A DNA stretch of 63,682 nt, filler included, from Reclinomonas americana ATCC 50394 (GCA_048213135.1; 39 parts of 39 records of this genome joined end to end with filler, not necessarily neighbours in it); one strand, 5' to 3'; positions 48,984-62,696 are shown, numbered from the whole stretch's first letter. Notes: a model not told the origin generated them from the letters alone. Numbers and translations: made by a program.

Positions 48984-50720
48984 NNNNNNNNNNNNNNNNN
49001 NNNNNNNNNNNNNNNNNNNNNNNNNNNTTAATTAATTAANNNNNNNNNNNNNNNNNNNNNNNNNNNNNNNNNNNNNNNNNNNNACGGCGACAGCTCATCA
49101 CTGTCTGCCAATGTCGAGCCGACGCCGAGTGCTCACTCTGCCGTGCAAAAGCGGACCTCTGGTTCACACCCGAGTGCGTCCAACACAAGCCCACCCACTA
49201 CGGCAAACGCTGCCGGTGGCACGGATATTCGTAACGCCGCTCAGCACGTCACACTAGGTACCGATCGCGACAGATCCGGGAACAGGAGGAAACAAAGGAT
49301 ACTACACACACATCCAGCGCCGCAGTAGTCCGCCGTTGCCAACAGTACTCCGCCACATGGCAGGTGCAAGCAACATCCAAACATCCGAGCCACGCCAAGC
49401 CATGGCCAGCGACCGCATCCACCCACCCAAGTAAGGCAAATGAGTGCAGCTACCGACCTACCCAACCCAACAAAGAAGAGGAAAACCGGATGGTGACTGG
49501 AGTGAACTAGTCTGGGTGGGCAGGGTGGGCTCCAAGAGCAAAAGAAGAGTGAAAACGAACAGGACAACTGAAAGGACATTGAAGTGGTTCCTGGTCGTTT
49601 CTCACTCTGGAAACCTAAGTATACCAATCGGTAACTAGCGATGGCGGTTCGACTCGGCTTCGCCACTGTTTACTTGGACCGTCATGTTCTCTGGCGGACT
49701 CTACCAGTGGAGTCTCTTGCCAGGCATATGCTGGCGACTGTGGCGACTGTCTAGGTCTTTGTCGCACGCTGTTGGTCTGTCTCGGTGCTTGTGGTGCACG
49801 AGTCAGCAGCCTTGGGCGCGAGTGGTCCCTTCCGGAGGTACTTTTTTCCCACTGGGTTTTGTCCTCCTCGTTCCTGTTGTGGAGCGCGCGCGCATCACTC
49901 GTCGCGCGCTGGCTGGGAGGTGAGGTTGGAAGGGTTTGTCCCGACCTCCATCACGGCTTTGTTGTTGTCACCTTGGACGGTCAGTTGTTGGTGGCGAGCG
50001 ACTTGTCTGTGGCACGGGTCTCGAGTGCCTTAGCACACCACGCAGCGTCTATCTCCATGGATCCACGTTCTTTATCTGTCGCGATCGGCGAGAGCCAACG
50101 ATTCTTGTGCGTGAGTAATTGATAAGTATTCTGGGACGGGAGAGGCAAATGACTGGTGCTACGACCCACCATGGTCATCTATTAGCCAGTGTATGTCCTC
50201 TTCTCACGGGGAGGACACAAGCAAATGAAAGATGCCCCGTCTTATTGGTGACTGGTCGTTCACTAGTGGAAACCACCACGAAGCAACGACGACACACCCC
50301 GCACCACAGAACTGTCCAACCACAGGGAGGGTGGGCGGGAGAATCGGGGTTGGAGGAAGCCACCAGGCCTAGGTGGTTCACTCGCACGAAGGCGGCAAAC
50401 CACGGGAACAATCATCCAATGGATTGCAGGACGGAGTGACAGATGGAGAGATAATCGACAGCTGTCTAACGACGTCGGCAATCCTTCTGCAATGAGCGCT
50501 GCGAGCCGTGGTTTCTCTTGCAGAAACGCCAGCATTATATTAGCCATCTCGACTTTTTCTCTCCTTTCTCGTGATGTCTGAGTTTCTGGTGCTCACTCAT
50601 GAGCTCAAGATGGTGATCATNNNNNNNNNNNNNNNNNNNNNNNNNNNNNNNNNNNNNNNNNNNNTTAATTAATTAANNNNNNNNNNNNNNNNNNNNNNNN
50701 NNNNNNNNNNNNNNNNNNNN

Positions 50721-52255
50721 GATTGAGCGGATATGCAAACCAGCAGTCGCCAGGTGACGACATGGCGGTCGTCTCCTTGCGGCGCACCAGCACAAATCGC
50801 TCTCCTTGGACCGACACAGTGTCGCCCTCCAGCAGCACCATGGGATCGGAGTAGGCTTGCAGAACTGGGCGCACTGGCAAGTCGGATCCTGGCATGACGC
50901 GTGACGGCGAGGACGTCGGAGCTGCATCACGAGAGAGAGCATTGAATTGTGGTCAGTCTCGATCTGTTTTGTCAACTTGAAGACGAGGAATCGTGCGACG
51001 CACAGAGGGCTTGCAAAACGGTCGACTTGGCCACCGACGGGTCGACCGACGAGGCAATCTTGCTGAGGAAGAACCCGCTCCACTCCGACGAGGCCAGCGA
51101 CAGGCGTTGGATGAACCGCACGACGGACCGCAGCACGTCGGCCTTGGCACTGCAAGAGAGACGGAAACCAAGTGAGCGAGAATGAACCATTGCCACTGCT
51201 CGCCCACGTGTACTGTCACCCACCGTCCTGCCAGACCGAGAGCAGCGCGCAGAGGAGAGGGCTTGAATGGCGACGGGCGCTGCTGCATTGAGGGCGACTG
51301 CAGCGAGTTGCCCACACTACTGCCGTTGGGCGACAGCAGCGAGCTGCGCAGTGGGCTGGGTCCTGGGTCTGGGCCAGCGTCGTCTGCGAAATCCAAATGA
51401 CGCGTGTGCACACCCGAGAATCCGGCACCTGCCGGCGAACCAGCGAGGTAGCCACCATGTGATGGGGTGACTGGCAGAGATTGCGAGGCGCGACGCGGTG
51501 CCATCTTGCGAGGCGACGGTGACGGGCGAGGAGGCAGGCCTGACCCCAGCAGATCGTCACGGCGCGGGTTCAGCTCCCCGCGGTCTGACATGGCGCGGAA
51601 CTTGGCGGCCGCCTCCAGCGCAATCGTGTACCGGTTCGGTCGCTCAAAGATCTGATCCGATTCGACCTTCAAGCCGTCGAGCATCTGTCGCGCCGCGTGT
51701 CAGGCAAGCACGCCATGCAAACGTGTAAAGACAGAGGGGGAAAACGCACCAGTTTGTCTTGCTGTCGCATCTTGTCGTCGACAGCCGTGGCCTCGGCATC
51801 GTCGTCCAGCACCGACGTGGCAAATGTGGCCAAGTCAGTGACACCCTTGTCGGACTCCTTGCAGTCGCTGAGCAGCTCGAAAATGATGTTTCGTTTCTCG
51901 GCATTCTTGCGCCACAGTTGCACGAGCTGCGGAGAGTGATCGGCCAGCATGAACGCCAGCAAGTCGAGGCAAAACCCGATGAGCGCCTCGTCCAGGCGAC
52001 CCTTGCGAATGGTGTCGGTGAGCAGAATGCACAGATCCGGCTGGCGCAACGGCGACATGACTGCCTTGCAGGCGGCAATCAACGATGGAGTAGCATGGAG
52101 CTGGCCCTCGCGGAAGAGCTGCAGCAAGAGTCGCACAAGAGAGCGCATCTGCCGCAGAGCCACGATGCGCGTGTTGTCTTGCGGCACACCTTCCGCACTG
52201 CAGACGCACACACACACACACGAGTGAGGCACTATGGAAGAGATCCTTGCAACAA
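50721..52255 (-). repeat. Near-identical second copy (copy B) of contig 39240-40782, carrying the same two genes
   Basis: Collinear over about 1.5 kb, with scattered SNPs and small indels mostly in introns. Confidence 0.95.
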
Positions 52256-52833
52256 NNNNNNNNNNNNNNNNNNNNNNNNNNNNNNNNNNNNNNNNNNNNT
52301 TAATTAATTAANNNNNNNNNNNNNNNNNNNNNNNNNNNNNNNNNNNNNNNNNNNNTGGTTCGTAGGCCACGGACTGCTGAATCATGTGAAGCATCAAGCA
52401 GCTGCCGTGGTGAATGACGCCGTAACTGATGCCGGTGAGTGGGACGGCCATGTTCTCGCTCCGCCTCCTGCTCGCAAAGCCTGACGCACTCCTTGTATTT
52501 GTGACAGACCGCTCCGTGGACGAGGTGCTCGACAGCTCGACGTTGCGTGACTGTGGTCGTCATTGTATCGTTCTGCTGCCTGCCGCACGAACTCACCACC
52601 CCCTCCTCCTCCTCCTCCTCCTGCAGTGTTGACGAATCGCCTGCCGACCAATAGCGGCGCCCGCAAAAATGTTGTATAGCTGTCGCCGAAATTCTCTTGT
52701 TGTGTTCCTGTTGTTGTTGTTGCATCATTGTATTATCACCCATTGCTTTCTCAAATTGTGTGTACATGTATTACTTTTTCACACGAGGCTGGTTGTCCTC
52801 GTTTATCATTTTCTTTTCCGTGCCATGCATGTG

Positions 52834-53889
52834 CTACTGCTGCTTCTCGACGGTGGCCACCAGTCGGTTGAGCAAGTTCTGTTCGGCCTCCACATCCGAC
52901 TGCGAACTGAAAATGGACGAGTCGCTGAAGAACGGATGCTCGAGAGCGGCGGCCGCTGTCATGCGGTCGCTCGGTGCGTACTCGAAGAGACGAGAGAGCA
53001 GGTCTTGCAGCACCTCGGATTCACGGTCGCGTACGGGGATGCCAAGAATATCGGACCACGGGCGCGCCTCAATCACTGGCAGCTGATCGTACGAGAGAAC
53101 AGTAGCTGGCGGCACAAACTTGCCGTCGGTTCGCGGTGGCGACGACGACGGCAGCAGCATCATTCGTTGGAATTGAGCTGGTGTAGGTGTGCCGAGGGAA
53201 GAGAAAATGTCGCAGAGTTGATCAATGGCGTTGTCGCCAGAGAAAACCGGATAGCCGCACAGCAGTTCGGCCATGACGCAACCGGCTGCCCACACGTCTG
53301 CATTGACACAATTCAGAAGCCGTCATCAACAAATGATGACAAGTGATGGCTGGGGCTCACCAACGGCGGTCGAGTAGTGGCACAATGCGGTGGGTGGCGT
53401 CAACAGGAGCTCCGGTGCCCGATAGAAGCGGGAGCAGGTGTAGGCCACATTCACTTCACCGCCCTTGACGCGTTTCGCACTCCCAAAGTCGCACAGTTTG
53501 ACGCACGCATCGCTCGGTCGAAACAGCATGTTTTGCGGTTTCAGATCCCGATGGCACACCGCCTGCGAGTGCAGTTGTGCCAGCGCGACAAACAGCTGGT
53601 GCATAATTGTCTGTGCGTCGACGACAGTGAGTCGAAGCTTGAATGCAGGAATCTGCAGCCAACACCAAGAACAAACCCGGATCAATCGAACTGGCATGAA
53701 CACCGAGTTGTCGATGCAGTAGCGAATCACATCGGCGACGGTCATGGGCACGAACTCCATCACTGCGAGAGAGAGATGGGCGGTGACGGGGGAAGAGGAG
53801 TTGAGTCAAGTGCGACATACAACTGATGTACAACTCACTCGCTCACTCACCGATATTAATGTGCTGGCGGCCGGCCTGTGCATCGCAAA
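52834..53889 (-). CDS. GSK3: GSK3/Shaggy-like CMGC kinase, 5' partial, 4 exons
   Basis: MEFVP.T, CHRDLKPQN, KLCDFGSAK, NVAYTCSRFYRAPELL, DVWAAGCVMAEL and GTPT. Confidence 0.9.
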
Positions 53890-53989
53890 NNNNNNNNNNN
53901 NNNNNNNNNNNNNNNNNNNNNNNNNNNNNNNNNTTAATTAATTAANNNNNNNNNNNNNNNNNNNNNNNNNNNNNNNNNNNNNNNNNNNN

Positions 53990-54915
53990 GCCGAGAGCCG
54001 TGGCGACTGGGCAATGGTACTCGACTGTGCGCTTAAAGATTGCATGAAAAATTTCCATCTGTCGCCAATGCGACAGCTCTTCGCCTTGCCATGCTTGCAG
54101 CCGCTGGTGAATGGTGATTTTTCAATGTTGGTGCTGGAGAGGGCCTTTCTGTGTTGCCGGCGGGATCCGCGTCGGCAGTTTACGGACGAGCGCCTCGCAC
54201 GCCCTGATGCATTGGCTTTGCTGTGTCTGACCGGTGCTCATATGCCAGCGGTATGTTGTGTGTGAGAGAGGGCAAAGAGGGAGGGTATGACGCAGAGGAC
54301 AAGGGTCACCTTCGCAGTGAGTTCTCTGCTCTCCTTTCTCTCTTTCTCACTCTCTCCCCCTTTCTCGTGTGCATTTGTTGCCTTGCCGATCATTGACGAT
54401 GCTCTTTACAGTTGTCGGACGAGCGAGATCGGTTCTATATGCCAGGTGTGGAATACATGGCCAACGAATGGATCGACCAGTGCAAGTGCGCCCTGGCTTC
54501 CCCCGAGCTCAAGCCGATGCTGGATGCGTCGGTGCCCTTCCCGCTGGTGAAACTCAGCTGCGCAATTGCACCACCACTAGGCAACGCAGCGCCGTCGTGT
54601 GACATGCTGCGCCGTCTGATCGACATTCTTGTTGTCGGAGATGACCTTCGCATGTACCGCAGCAACCACCGCCATCGTTCCGCTGATCTCGTGTCGCCAC
54701 TGGCCCGGATGCTGGCGCCGGGTGGCGTCATACGTGGTATCGCACGATTAACGCTGCATCGGGTGTTGTTGTTCGAGATCTACCACGTACTGCTGGCCGA
54801 CAAGTTGCAGGCCAGCATGGGGTTGGTGCTGCCGGCCGACGTGTGGATGCAGATTGTGTTGTTTGTGGCGATGCCGACGGGAGAGAGGAGTACAGAAAGA
54901 GGTTCAAGGTCGTAA
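53990..54915 (+). CDS. Hypothetical protein C-terminus ending in an F-box-like motif
   Basis: The last exon ends ...LVLPADVWMQIVLFV...*. Confidence 0.55.
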
Positions 54916-55192
54916 ACACTTTGTTCATTATCTCTAGCGATTGAGTGCCTCTCGATAGCCAGTCTGGTGCGACAGCAGATACGCGTCTTGTGGGTTGAGA
55001 AAACAGACGACGTCGCTCGTTGAAACATCTTCTTGCTGCGAAACATACTTTGTGCATCTGCGGCATTGCTGTCTTGTTCCGCTTCACCGCGAACTCCCCT
55101 TGCCTCACAGTGACGGAGCCCACTCCAAGTTAGTCCGAGAACTCTTTGTCCCGTCTTTGGCCGTCTTATCTTTGTTGCGTGTGTGGTGCGTC

Positions 55193-55414
55193 ATGGCATC
55201 CTCCTCATCATCATCGGCGCCTGTGCTTTCACCCGCCGACCTCCTCGACAACCTGCTTCGCAAGGCCCGCACAATCAAGGAAACATGCGAAAACGTGCGG
55301 TGCGAGATCGACTACGCAGTCGTGGTTGAGAGGTCAGTACGGGCGGTGTATGATGCGCTGTGTCGTGGGGCTGGAGTGGAGCCGACGCCTCCGCCAGGTG
55401 GTTGGAGTGAGGAG
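55193..55414 (+). CDS. Hypothetical protein, first exon
   Basis: MASSSSSSAPVLSPADLLDNLLRKA...WSEE, followed by a GTTCGT donor. Confidence 0.45.
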
Positions 55415-55438
55415 GTTCGTGTGTGCGTGTGTGTTTTT

Positions 55439-55474
<36 letters not shown>

Positions 55475-56044
55475 GAAGGAAGAGAGAGCGAGAGAGAGAG
55501 ACATACAGAGAGAGAGAGAGANNNNNNNNNNNNNNNNNNNNNNNNNNNNNNNNNNNNNNNNNNNNTTAATTAATTAANNNNNNNNNNNNNNNNNNNNNNN
55601 NNNNNNNNNNNNNNNNNNNNNGTCTCTCTCTTCCCCCTTTCTTCCCCCATCTCAGCCCCCCTTGCTCTTCCCCCTTCTCTCATCCCTTTTTTTCCTCTTT
55701 CTCTCTCCCCTTCTCTCCCCCCTTCTCTCCCCCTTCTCTTCCCCCTTCTCTTCCCCTTGCTCTTCCCTCTTTTCCCCTCTCTTGCCTTTTTCTTCCCCTT
55801 CTTTCTCCTTCTCTTCCCCTCACTCTTCCCCATTTCTTCCCCCTTCTCTTCCCCCCTTCACTTCCCCCTTCCTCTTCCCCTTCCTCTTCCCCCTTCTCTC
55901 CCCCTTGCTCTTCCCCTCCACTCTTCCCCCATCTCTTCCCCCCATCGCTTCCCCCTTCGTCTTCCCCCATCTCTTCCCCGTCTCTTCCCCCATCTCTTCC
56001 CCCATCTGTTCCCCCATCTCTTCCCCCTCTCCCCTCCCCACAGG

Positions 56045-57160
56045 GACCCCCACCCCCCGGCGGCCCCGGCGGCTACCGCGGTGGTGGCGGACGCGACGGC
56101 CCACCCCGTGATGGACGCTACCGCGACCGCTCGCCCTCACCACCCCAACAGCCACCTCCCCGTCGTCGTGTGGATCCCGAGCTGGAAAAGTTGCTTCCTC
56201 CCCTCCATTCCACTCCAGAGAAGCTGCTCCATGTCTATTTCTCACCCCCTCCTCTTCCCCACAATGGCAGTCGCCGAAAGCAGTTTGCCCGCGACCCCGA
56301 GCTGCTCTACAAGGAGCCACTGATGTCGTACGAGCGATACAGGGAGGAGGTGTCGTCGCCGTCGGATTCGCCAGGTCGCGTGCGCACCAGCTTTGAAAAG
56401 TACTCGGAGGAGTACGCGACACGCAAGCGACGTGTGTTTTTCGAGGCCCACAAGGAGGAGGAGTGGTTCCGGGAGCGCTACGAGGTGTCGGCGATTCTGG
56501 CACGAGAGGAGCGGTGAGTTTTGGAGCGGAAAAGAGTGGTGCTTATGTATGGTCGCTCACTTTACTTTGTGTGCTTGTATAGTCGCACGCAGGAGACTCG
56601 CGATCGTGCACGCGCCTTCTTTACCAAGCTGGCATCGTCCGGCTGGTCCCTGTCGTCGTCGTCCTCCTCCTCCGCGAACGGCACACCAGCCTCGGCGGAA
56701 GCGGGCGAGGGTGGCGAAGAGGGTGAGATGGCAGCGGCTCCGGCGTCGACGGCCACCTCGGCTCGCTCGGATGTGGTGTTTTTGCGCAATGTGCCGTCGT
56801 CGGCCACGAGGAAGGAGTTGGAGGCGACGATGCGGCAGGTGAGAAGGGGGGGTTTGGGAGAAGGGGGACAAAAAAGGGAGAAGGGGGTAAAGGAGAAGGG
56901 GAACTCCGTATTCTCTCTTTCTCTCTCTCTCTCTCCCTCCTCTCTCTCTCCTTCCCACTCTCCTCCTTCCCCACTCTCCTCCTTCTGTTGCCTTATCCCC
57001 CTTCCCCCCCTTCAAGGTCACCGGCTTCCGCCACCTCCACCTCTCCGCCCCGGACCGCTCCAAGGGCTGGACGCGCATGGGTTGGGCCACCTACTCCAGT
57101 CCCGAGTACGCACAGGCAGCCGTCGACAGCCTCGTGGGCATGAAGATTGGCGAGGCCGAC
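56045..57160 (+). CDS. SRRT: ARS2/SERRATE homolog, multi-exon, partial
   Basis: LMSYERY......F.KY.EEY...K.R.FFEAHKEEEWFRERY, followed by the RRM VFLRNVP...R.ELE...GF..L.LS.P...R.GWATY. Confidence 0.85.
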
Positions 57161-57260
57161 NNNNNNNNNNNNNNNNNNNNNNNNNNNNNNNNNNNNNNNN
57201 NNNNTTAATTAATTAANNNNNNNNNNNNNNNNNNNNNNNNNNNNNNNNNNNNNNNNNNNN

Positions 57261-58670
57261 AACAACAGTGCGACCGACTCCGGCTTGAAGAGAAGCGGTG
57301 CTGGACCTTGGGCGACTTCTGCCATGCACAGGACGGGGCACCGGTTCCCGCCTTGTGAGGTGATGATGCATTTGGGTTGTACGCTGCACCCAAAAGCATC
57401 CTCAAACGGCACCCACAAGCCATGTGTCGTGAAGCAGCGAAACAGCTCCGACAGAAAGTAATGCGACACGCTGCTCTCGTTGTACGGGCACTTCGCGACC
57501 ATCAACTGCTCCAGTGTCAGCGGCGCCCTCACATCTTCCGCTGCGAACGAGAAGGATGAAAATGTCGATCACAAGCAGCAAAGCAGACTCGTTCGTACCG
57601 TTGCAAAGTGTCTCCGCGGCCGACGCACAATGCCAGAATAAGCTGGCAGCCTTCACCATTTGGTCAATGAATGAATGCACGCTGTGCACAACAACAACAA
57701 CAACACTGTCAGCTGATGGGCGACAAGCGACAATCATCCAACGTGAGAGGTGTACGCACATGTCGCATGCAGATGTCCAAACGCGCAGACGACGAACCAA
57801 ATCGGCGACTGCATACTTGGGGTCCAGTTCCGGTGCCCAGTTGGCAGGACACACCTCGGGTTGACTGATCTGTGCCATCCCTCCAAGAACCAGCCACGCA
57901 CCGCTGACGAGTCCGCTCATCCAACCTACAACACGAGCAAGTCAGCGACCATCAGTCGACGGAGAGAGTGACGTGCAACGCAACTCTGCGCGTACTTGAC
58001 CCGTGACTCATCCGTCAGCGGATCTGGGTTGTCACGGTACAGCTGCACGCGCCAAAACATGGCGTCACGTCGCCGATTGTGTGGGCGCGTCGCACGACGA
58101 GCCACGGGAGAGTCCCACTGCAACTCGCCGAGCTCCAGCTTGGCAAACACCTCATCTGATGCAGGATCACAGCGATGAGCAAGTGCAAAGCGTCGCATCG
58201 CCAGCACAGGTATTCACGGAGGTCGTGCTGGGCGTCGGATTCTGCAGGCTCGGTGTCATTACCGTCCGTGAACAGCTCAACCGGCTGCACGACACCTGCG
58301 CAGCACGGTGGACGCGCGCGGTGAGGGAGGGAAAGACCAAGAACTGTTCAAGCAGATGCATGACAGCGGTGTACCTTGCTCACGAGTTACTTCAACCTGC
58401 CGGAGTTGTGCTTGATAAGCAGCAGCCCGCTCCTCAGCCACTAAAGCTCGTTCCTCGGCCGCCTTAATTTGTGCTTGAAAAGCAGCAGACTGTTCCTCAA
58501 CAGCGCGAATGTGTGCCCACATTGCCGCCATCTGTTCCTCGACAGTTGTGGCCTGCCTCACGGCTGCTCGAATGGAACCATCCGTCGTGGAATCGTCTCC
58601 GACAGACATGGCCCCAAACTGTGCCACGAGCGCACTGGAAGAGCTCGCCGGCTGCGAAGGCGCGCTGTAC
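57261..58670 (-). pseudogene. Frameshifted gene remnant with an N-terminal coiled coil
   Basis: EEQ..AFQAQIKAAEERALVAEERA coiled coil, followed by broken reading frames. Confidence 0.35.
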
Positions 58671-58892
58671 ATGTAAGTTTCGCGCCAAATCAGCGCCACA
58701 AGCACAGGCATACACATACATACACTGCTCACACACGTGCACACACCAAAAGCAAATGCATGTCGATGACATGCAAAGTTTACACAACACATNNNNNNNN
58801 NNNNNNNNNNNNNNNNNNNNNNNNNNNNNNNNNNNNTTAATTAATTAANNNNNNNNNNNNNNNNNNNNNNNNNNNNNNNNNNNNNNNNNNNN

Positions 58893-60415
58893 TTGGTGGC
58901 GTGAGGGAAAGGTGCTGACTGCAGCGGTGTCCGAGAGAACTGCGCTCCACATGGCACAGCGATGTGGCGGCATGCGGCAGCGCACTACTCGTCGTGTTCA
59001 CCGTTTCTGCAAGCGACTTCAGTGGGACGATGCAGCTGTGAGTGACAAATCACCAGAGGAGGCTCCTTGGAAGAAGCGTGTGTCGGCAGCAGCTGTCACG
59101 TTTGAGACTGCATATGCCATGTTTCAGTGTGCGCGTTCGGGTGCCTGGCACACCTCGTCCACTCCCTGGACCTCGTTTGTGACGGTGGAGACACACAACG
59201 GGTGGCGCGCACCGCCGTCACTCTGTTTGACAACTGAGGAATGGCAGCAGCAGTTGCAAGGGGGCGAAAGGAGTGGAGCACCGGGCTCGGCAGTGCTGAG
59301 TTTTCTCGCGCAACTGGTTCGTGATGGGGGCACGGATGCTGCGGTGCCAGACAAGGACTCGTCTCCACAATTACCTCCAGCGCACTTGAGCGCCAGACGA
59401 CGTGAGCTTGTTGAGCAGCTGCAGAGCAAGTGGCGACAGGCGACGCACAGTCAACTGGAGACACTCATTGAGCGTCTCGTGTCGGCGAAAGAGATTGCAG
59501 CCGACAGCAATGCGCTGCTGGACGATATCGTCACGTGGCAGTCGTTCACACGCGTGCGAGTCAGTGAGTGGTGTCATCGATTGGAACAGTTCCGCCTGGT
59601 GGTGAGTGCGCTGTGCAGTGAGTGGCGAATGCTGGGCAGGGCCATGGGCGTGCGGGCTGTTGAGCAGCGAGAAGGGAGCAACGGCGTGCGGCAGCTGGCC
59701 GACAAGGTATGTATTTGTGCTTCGTACCACACTGGCTCACTCTGGGGCATGTGCGGTCTGACACGAGTGCGGTCGTGCAGGTGGAGCAACTCGACGCGTC
59801 GCTGCAGGCAGTGTTGACAGCATTGCGACCGCATGTGGGATCTGGTTGGTCGGTGCCACTGGCGCGGTCACAAACGGCCAGAACATGCGCGTCGTCCGTG
59901 TCACTGCCGGCGTTCCGTGCTCTGAGCCGCTTGCACGATTTTGTAAATGCTGCTGCTGCTGTGGACGACGACCCCAGTGCCGCCACGGTGGAATCCGAAG
60001 TGCGACGAGCAGTTGCCGAGTGGCCTGCTGCGCTCGCCGCCGTGTGTCGTACCGTGTTGCGCATGGGCGGGCTTGGAGCGGGGGACTCGGCGTCCACGCC
60101 GTTCATGACGAGCGCGCTGCGTGGATTGCGCACTCGGTTGCCGATGGTGTGTGTATGTGTGCTGGTGTATCTTTTGGGAGTGCAGGTGTGGTGGTGTCTC
60201 ACAGAAGCGATGGGTCGCAGGAGGGTGAGCGTGTGGAGGCCGTGGTGCGGCGACTTCAAGACGCTGTGCGTCAGGCAGCTCGTCTTTGTGCGGCAGACAT
60301 GGTCGAGGTCGCGGCAGTCTTCCCCGACTGGGTCTCCACCAGCCACGCCCGCGAGGCGGAGGCTGCGACAGAAGGAGATGAAGGAGAAGAGGAGGAAGGG
60401 GACGGGCTGCGTAAT
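58893..60415 (+). CDS. Hypothetical helical protein, 3' exons
   Basis: Long open exons separated by GT-AG introns near 59707-59780 and 60148-60185. Confidence 0.55.
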
Positions 60416-60639
60416 AAACTTGCGNNNNNNNNNNNNNNNNNNNNNNNNNNNNNNNNNNNNNNNNNNNNTTAATTAATTAANNNNNNNNNNNNNNNNNNNN
60501 NNNNNNNNNNNNNNNNNNNNNNNNAGGGGAGCCGGGAGCATCAGATTGCGAAGTTTATTCGGCACAGGGCGGCGGTGAGCAAATTGGGGAAGGGATATGG
60601 GGAGAGAGGAAAGGGGGATGAAGGGGGAAGGGGGATATA

Positions 60640-60985
60640 GGGGAAGGGAGGGGAGGGAGACAAGGGGAAAGAGAGGGAAGGGAGGAAAGGGGGAGGAGGA
60701 GAGAGAGCTTTGAAATCTTGTGCTCTTCTCTTTTTCTCTGCGCGCTTGATTGTTATTGTCGGAAAGATAGTGAGAGATGGTGGAGGTGCGAGAGAGGATA
60801 AGCACAGGAGAGGGAGGGAGGGGAGGGAGAAAAGGGAAAAGAGAGGGAAGGGAGGAAAGGGGAAGGAGGAGAGAGAGCTTTGAAATCTTGTACTCTTCTC
60901 TTTTTCTCCGTGCGCTTGATTGTTTAGTTGGAAAGATAGTGAGAGATTGTGCACTGTGCGAGAGAGGGTGAGCACAGGAGAGGGA
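60640..60985. repeat. Tandem duplication of a ~170-nt unit
   Basis: Two copies of GAGAGAGCTTTGAAATCTTGT.CTCTTCTCTTTTTCTC.G.GCGCTTGATTGTT...GGAAAGATAGTGAGAGAT. Confidence 0.8.
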
Positions 60986-62154
60986 GGGCGGCATCCTGGG
61001 TGTTCTGGTTTTCTCGTGGGGGCGATGATTAGGGAAGAGCAAGAAGTGAGGGATGACAGGGCTTTGAGTCTGCCATGTTGAATGTCTTGTTCTCTTTTTC
61101 TCTTAGAGAAGTTCACTTGAGGGTTCTGGAAGGGATATGGGAATGGGGTGAGCGTGAACCGAGAGACGATGAGAACAGCATCGAGAATGGTGATTGTTTT
61201 TTGTTCTCTTGTGGAAGGAAAGAGAAGAGGGAAAGAGAACAATTGCATTCTCCGGCAAATCTTTCCCCCTTGGAGTTGAGAAGGGCTGCATCTTGGGCAC
61301 ATCTCTATCTAAATGAGAGCACTGGGAAGAGATATTCTAATCACAATCAGAGCAGCTCTTTTTTACGAGAGAAAGAATAGAAGACAATTGCGAGGCAGTC
61401 TGTTTTCTCTCTATGAGAGAACAGTGATGTAATTCTCTGTGTTCATTTGTCAGGAGAACTGGCACACACTAGCAGAGAAGTCACTGAGTGAGACGATTTT
61501 TGCAATTCTCTTACGACAGGAATAGTGCGCATGTGAGCGAGAGAGGGAGAAGGGCAAGCAAAGAGTGAGCAATGGTGGCAAGAGAGTCTATCACTCTTCA
61601 TCTTGGAAGAGGCTGAACACTGAAGAAATGAAGGGCGTCGCGTCCATCAGTCTCTTTCTCTCTCAGTCTTTAGTTGAGCGTAAGAGCTGAGAGAGCTTGC
61701 TTGTTTTCCACTCACTCCGATCAACATTGCGCCTGTCTCTTACCTCCATTCCCTGCTCCGCTCTGTGTCTCTCTGAGTGCGCTTTCGTGTTTCTTTCTCT
61801 CATTTGTTTCTTTTTTCATTTCCGCCCTGTGTGCGGTCGTGTCTCTTTTCTTTCATTTGTTTCTTTCTCATTGTTCCTGAGACTGCAGTGGTGTCACACA
61901 GCACGAGTTGTCTTTCCCTTTCTCATCCCGATTCTCTGATTCTCTGTCGCTGCGTCCAGTTGTGCTCTTCCCACGACCCACAGAGTGGAGACAGAGCGAC
62001 AAAGAACTGTTCTCCTTGTCCCTTCTTTCCTTTCCTCTCTCTCTCTCTCTCTCTNNNNNNNNNNNNNNNNNNNNNNNNNNNNNNNNNNNNNNNNNNNNTT
62101 AATTAATTAANNNNNNNNNNNNNNNNNNNNNNNNNNNNNNNNNNNNNNNNNNNN

Positions 62155-62234
<80 letters not shown>

Positions 62235-62235
62235 T

Positions 62236-62485
62236 AAACAAGGCGAAACAGAGACGTGGCAGAAGCATCATGGCACGAGTCTGCATGAAGGGAGAAGGAG
62301 AGACAAAGAAACAAGGCGAAACAGCGAGGATGCAGAACAAGCAATAAGTGCAAAGTAGTGCGTGAAGCAGAGAGGGAGAGAGTGAGTGAACGAGAGACGT
62401 GGCAGAAGCATGATGGCACGAGTCTGCATAAAAGGGAGAAGGAGAGACAAAGAAACAAGGCGAAACAGAGACGTGGCAGAAGCAA
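62236..62485. repeat. Minisatellite with a ~73-nt unit
   Basis: AAACAAGGCGAAACAG occurs three times and GACGTGGCAGAAGCA three times. Confidence 0.8.
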
Positions 62486-62696
62486 CTTGGCACAAATCTA
62501 CATGAAACAGATTAAGAGAGAGAGAAACACGGTGAAACAGCGAGAATCCAGAACGAGCATGAGGTGCAACGCAGTCTGCATGAAGGACGGAATGCCCGGG
62601 CCGATTAGCGAAGAAAGCCACCCCTCTTTCCCCTTCCACGAACCGTGTAAAACTGTCGCACTTTCTGCATCCAGTCCCAGCGATCCTCTCGGTACT

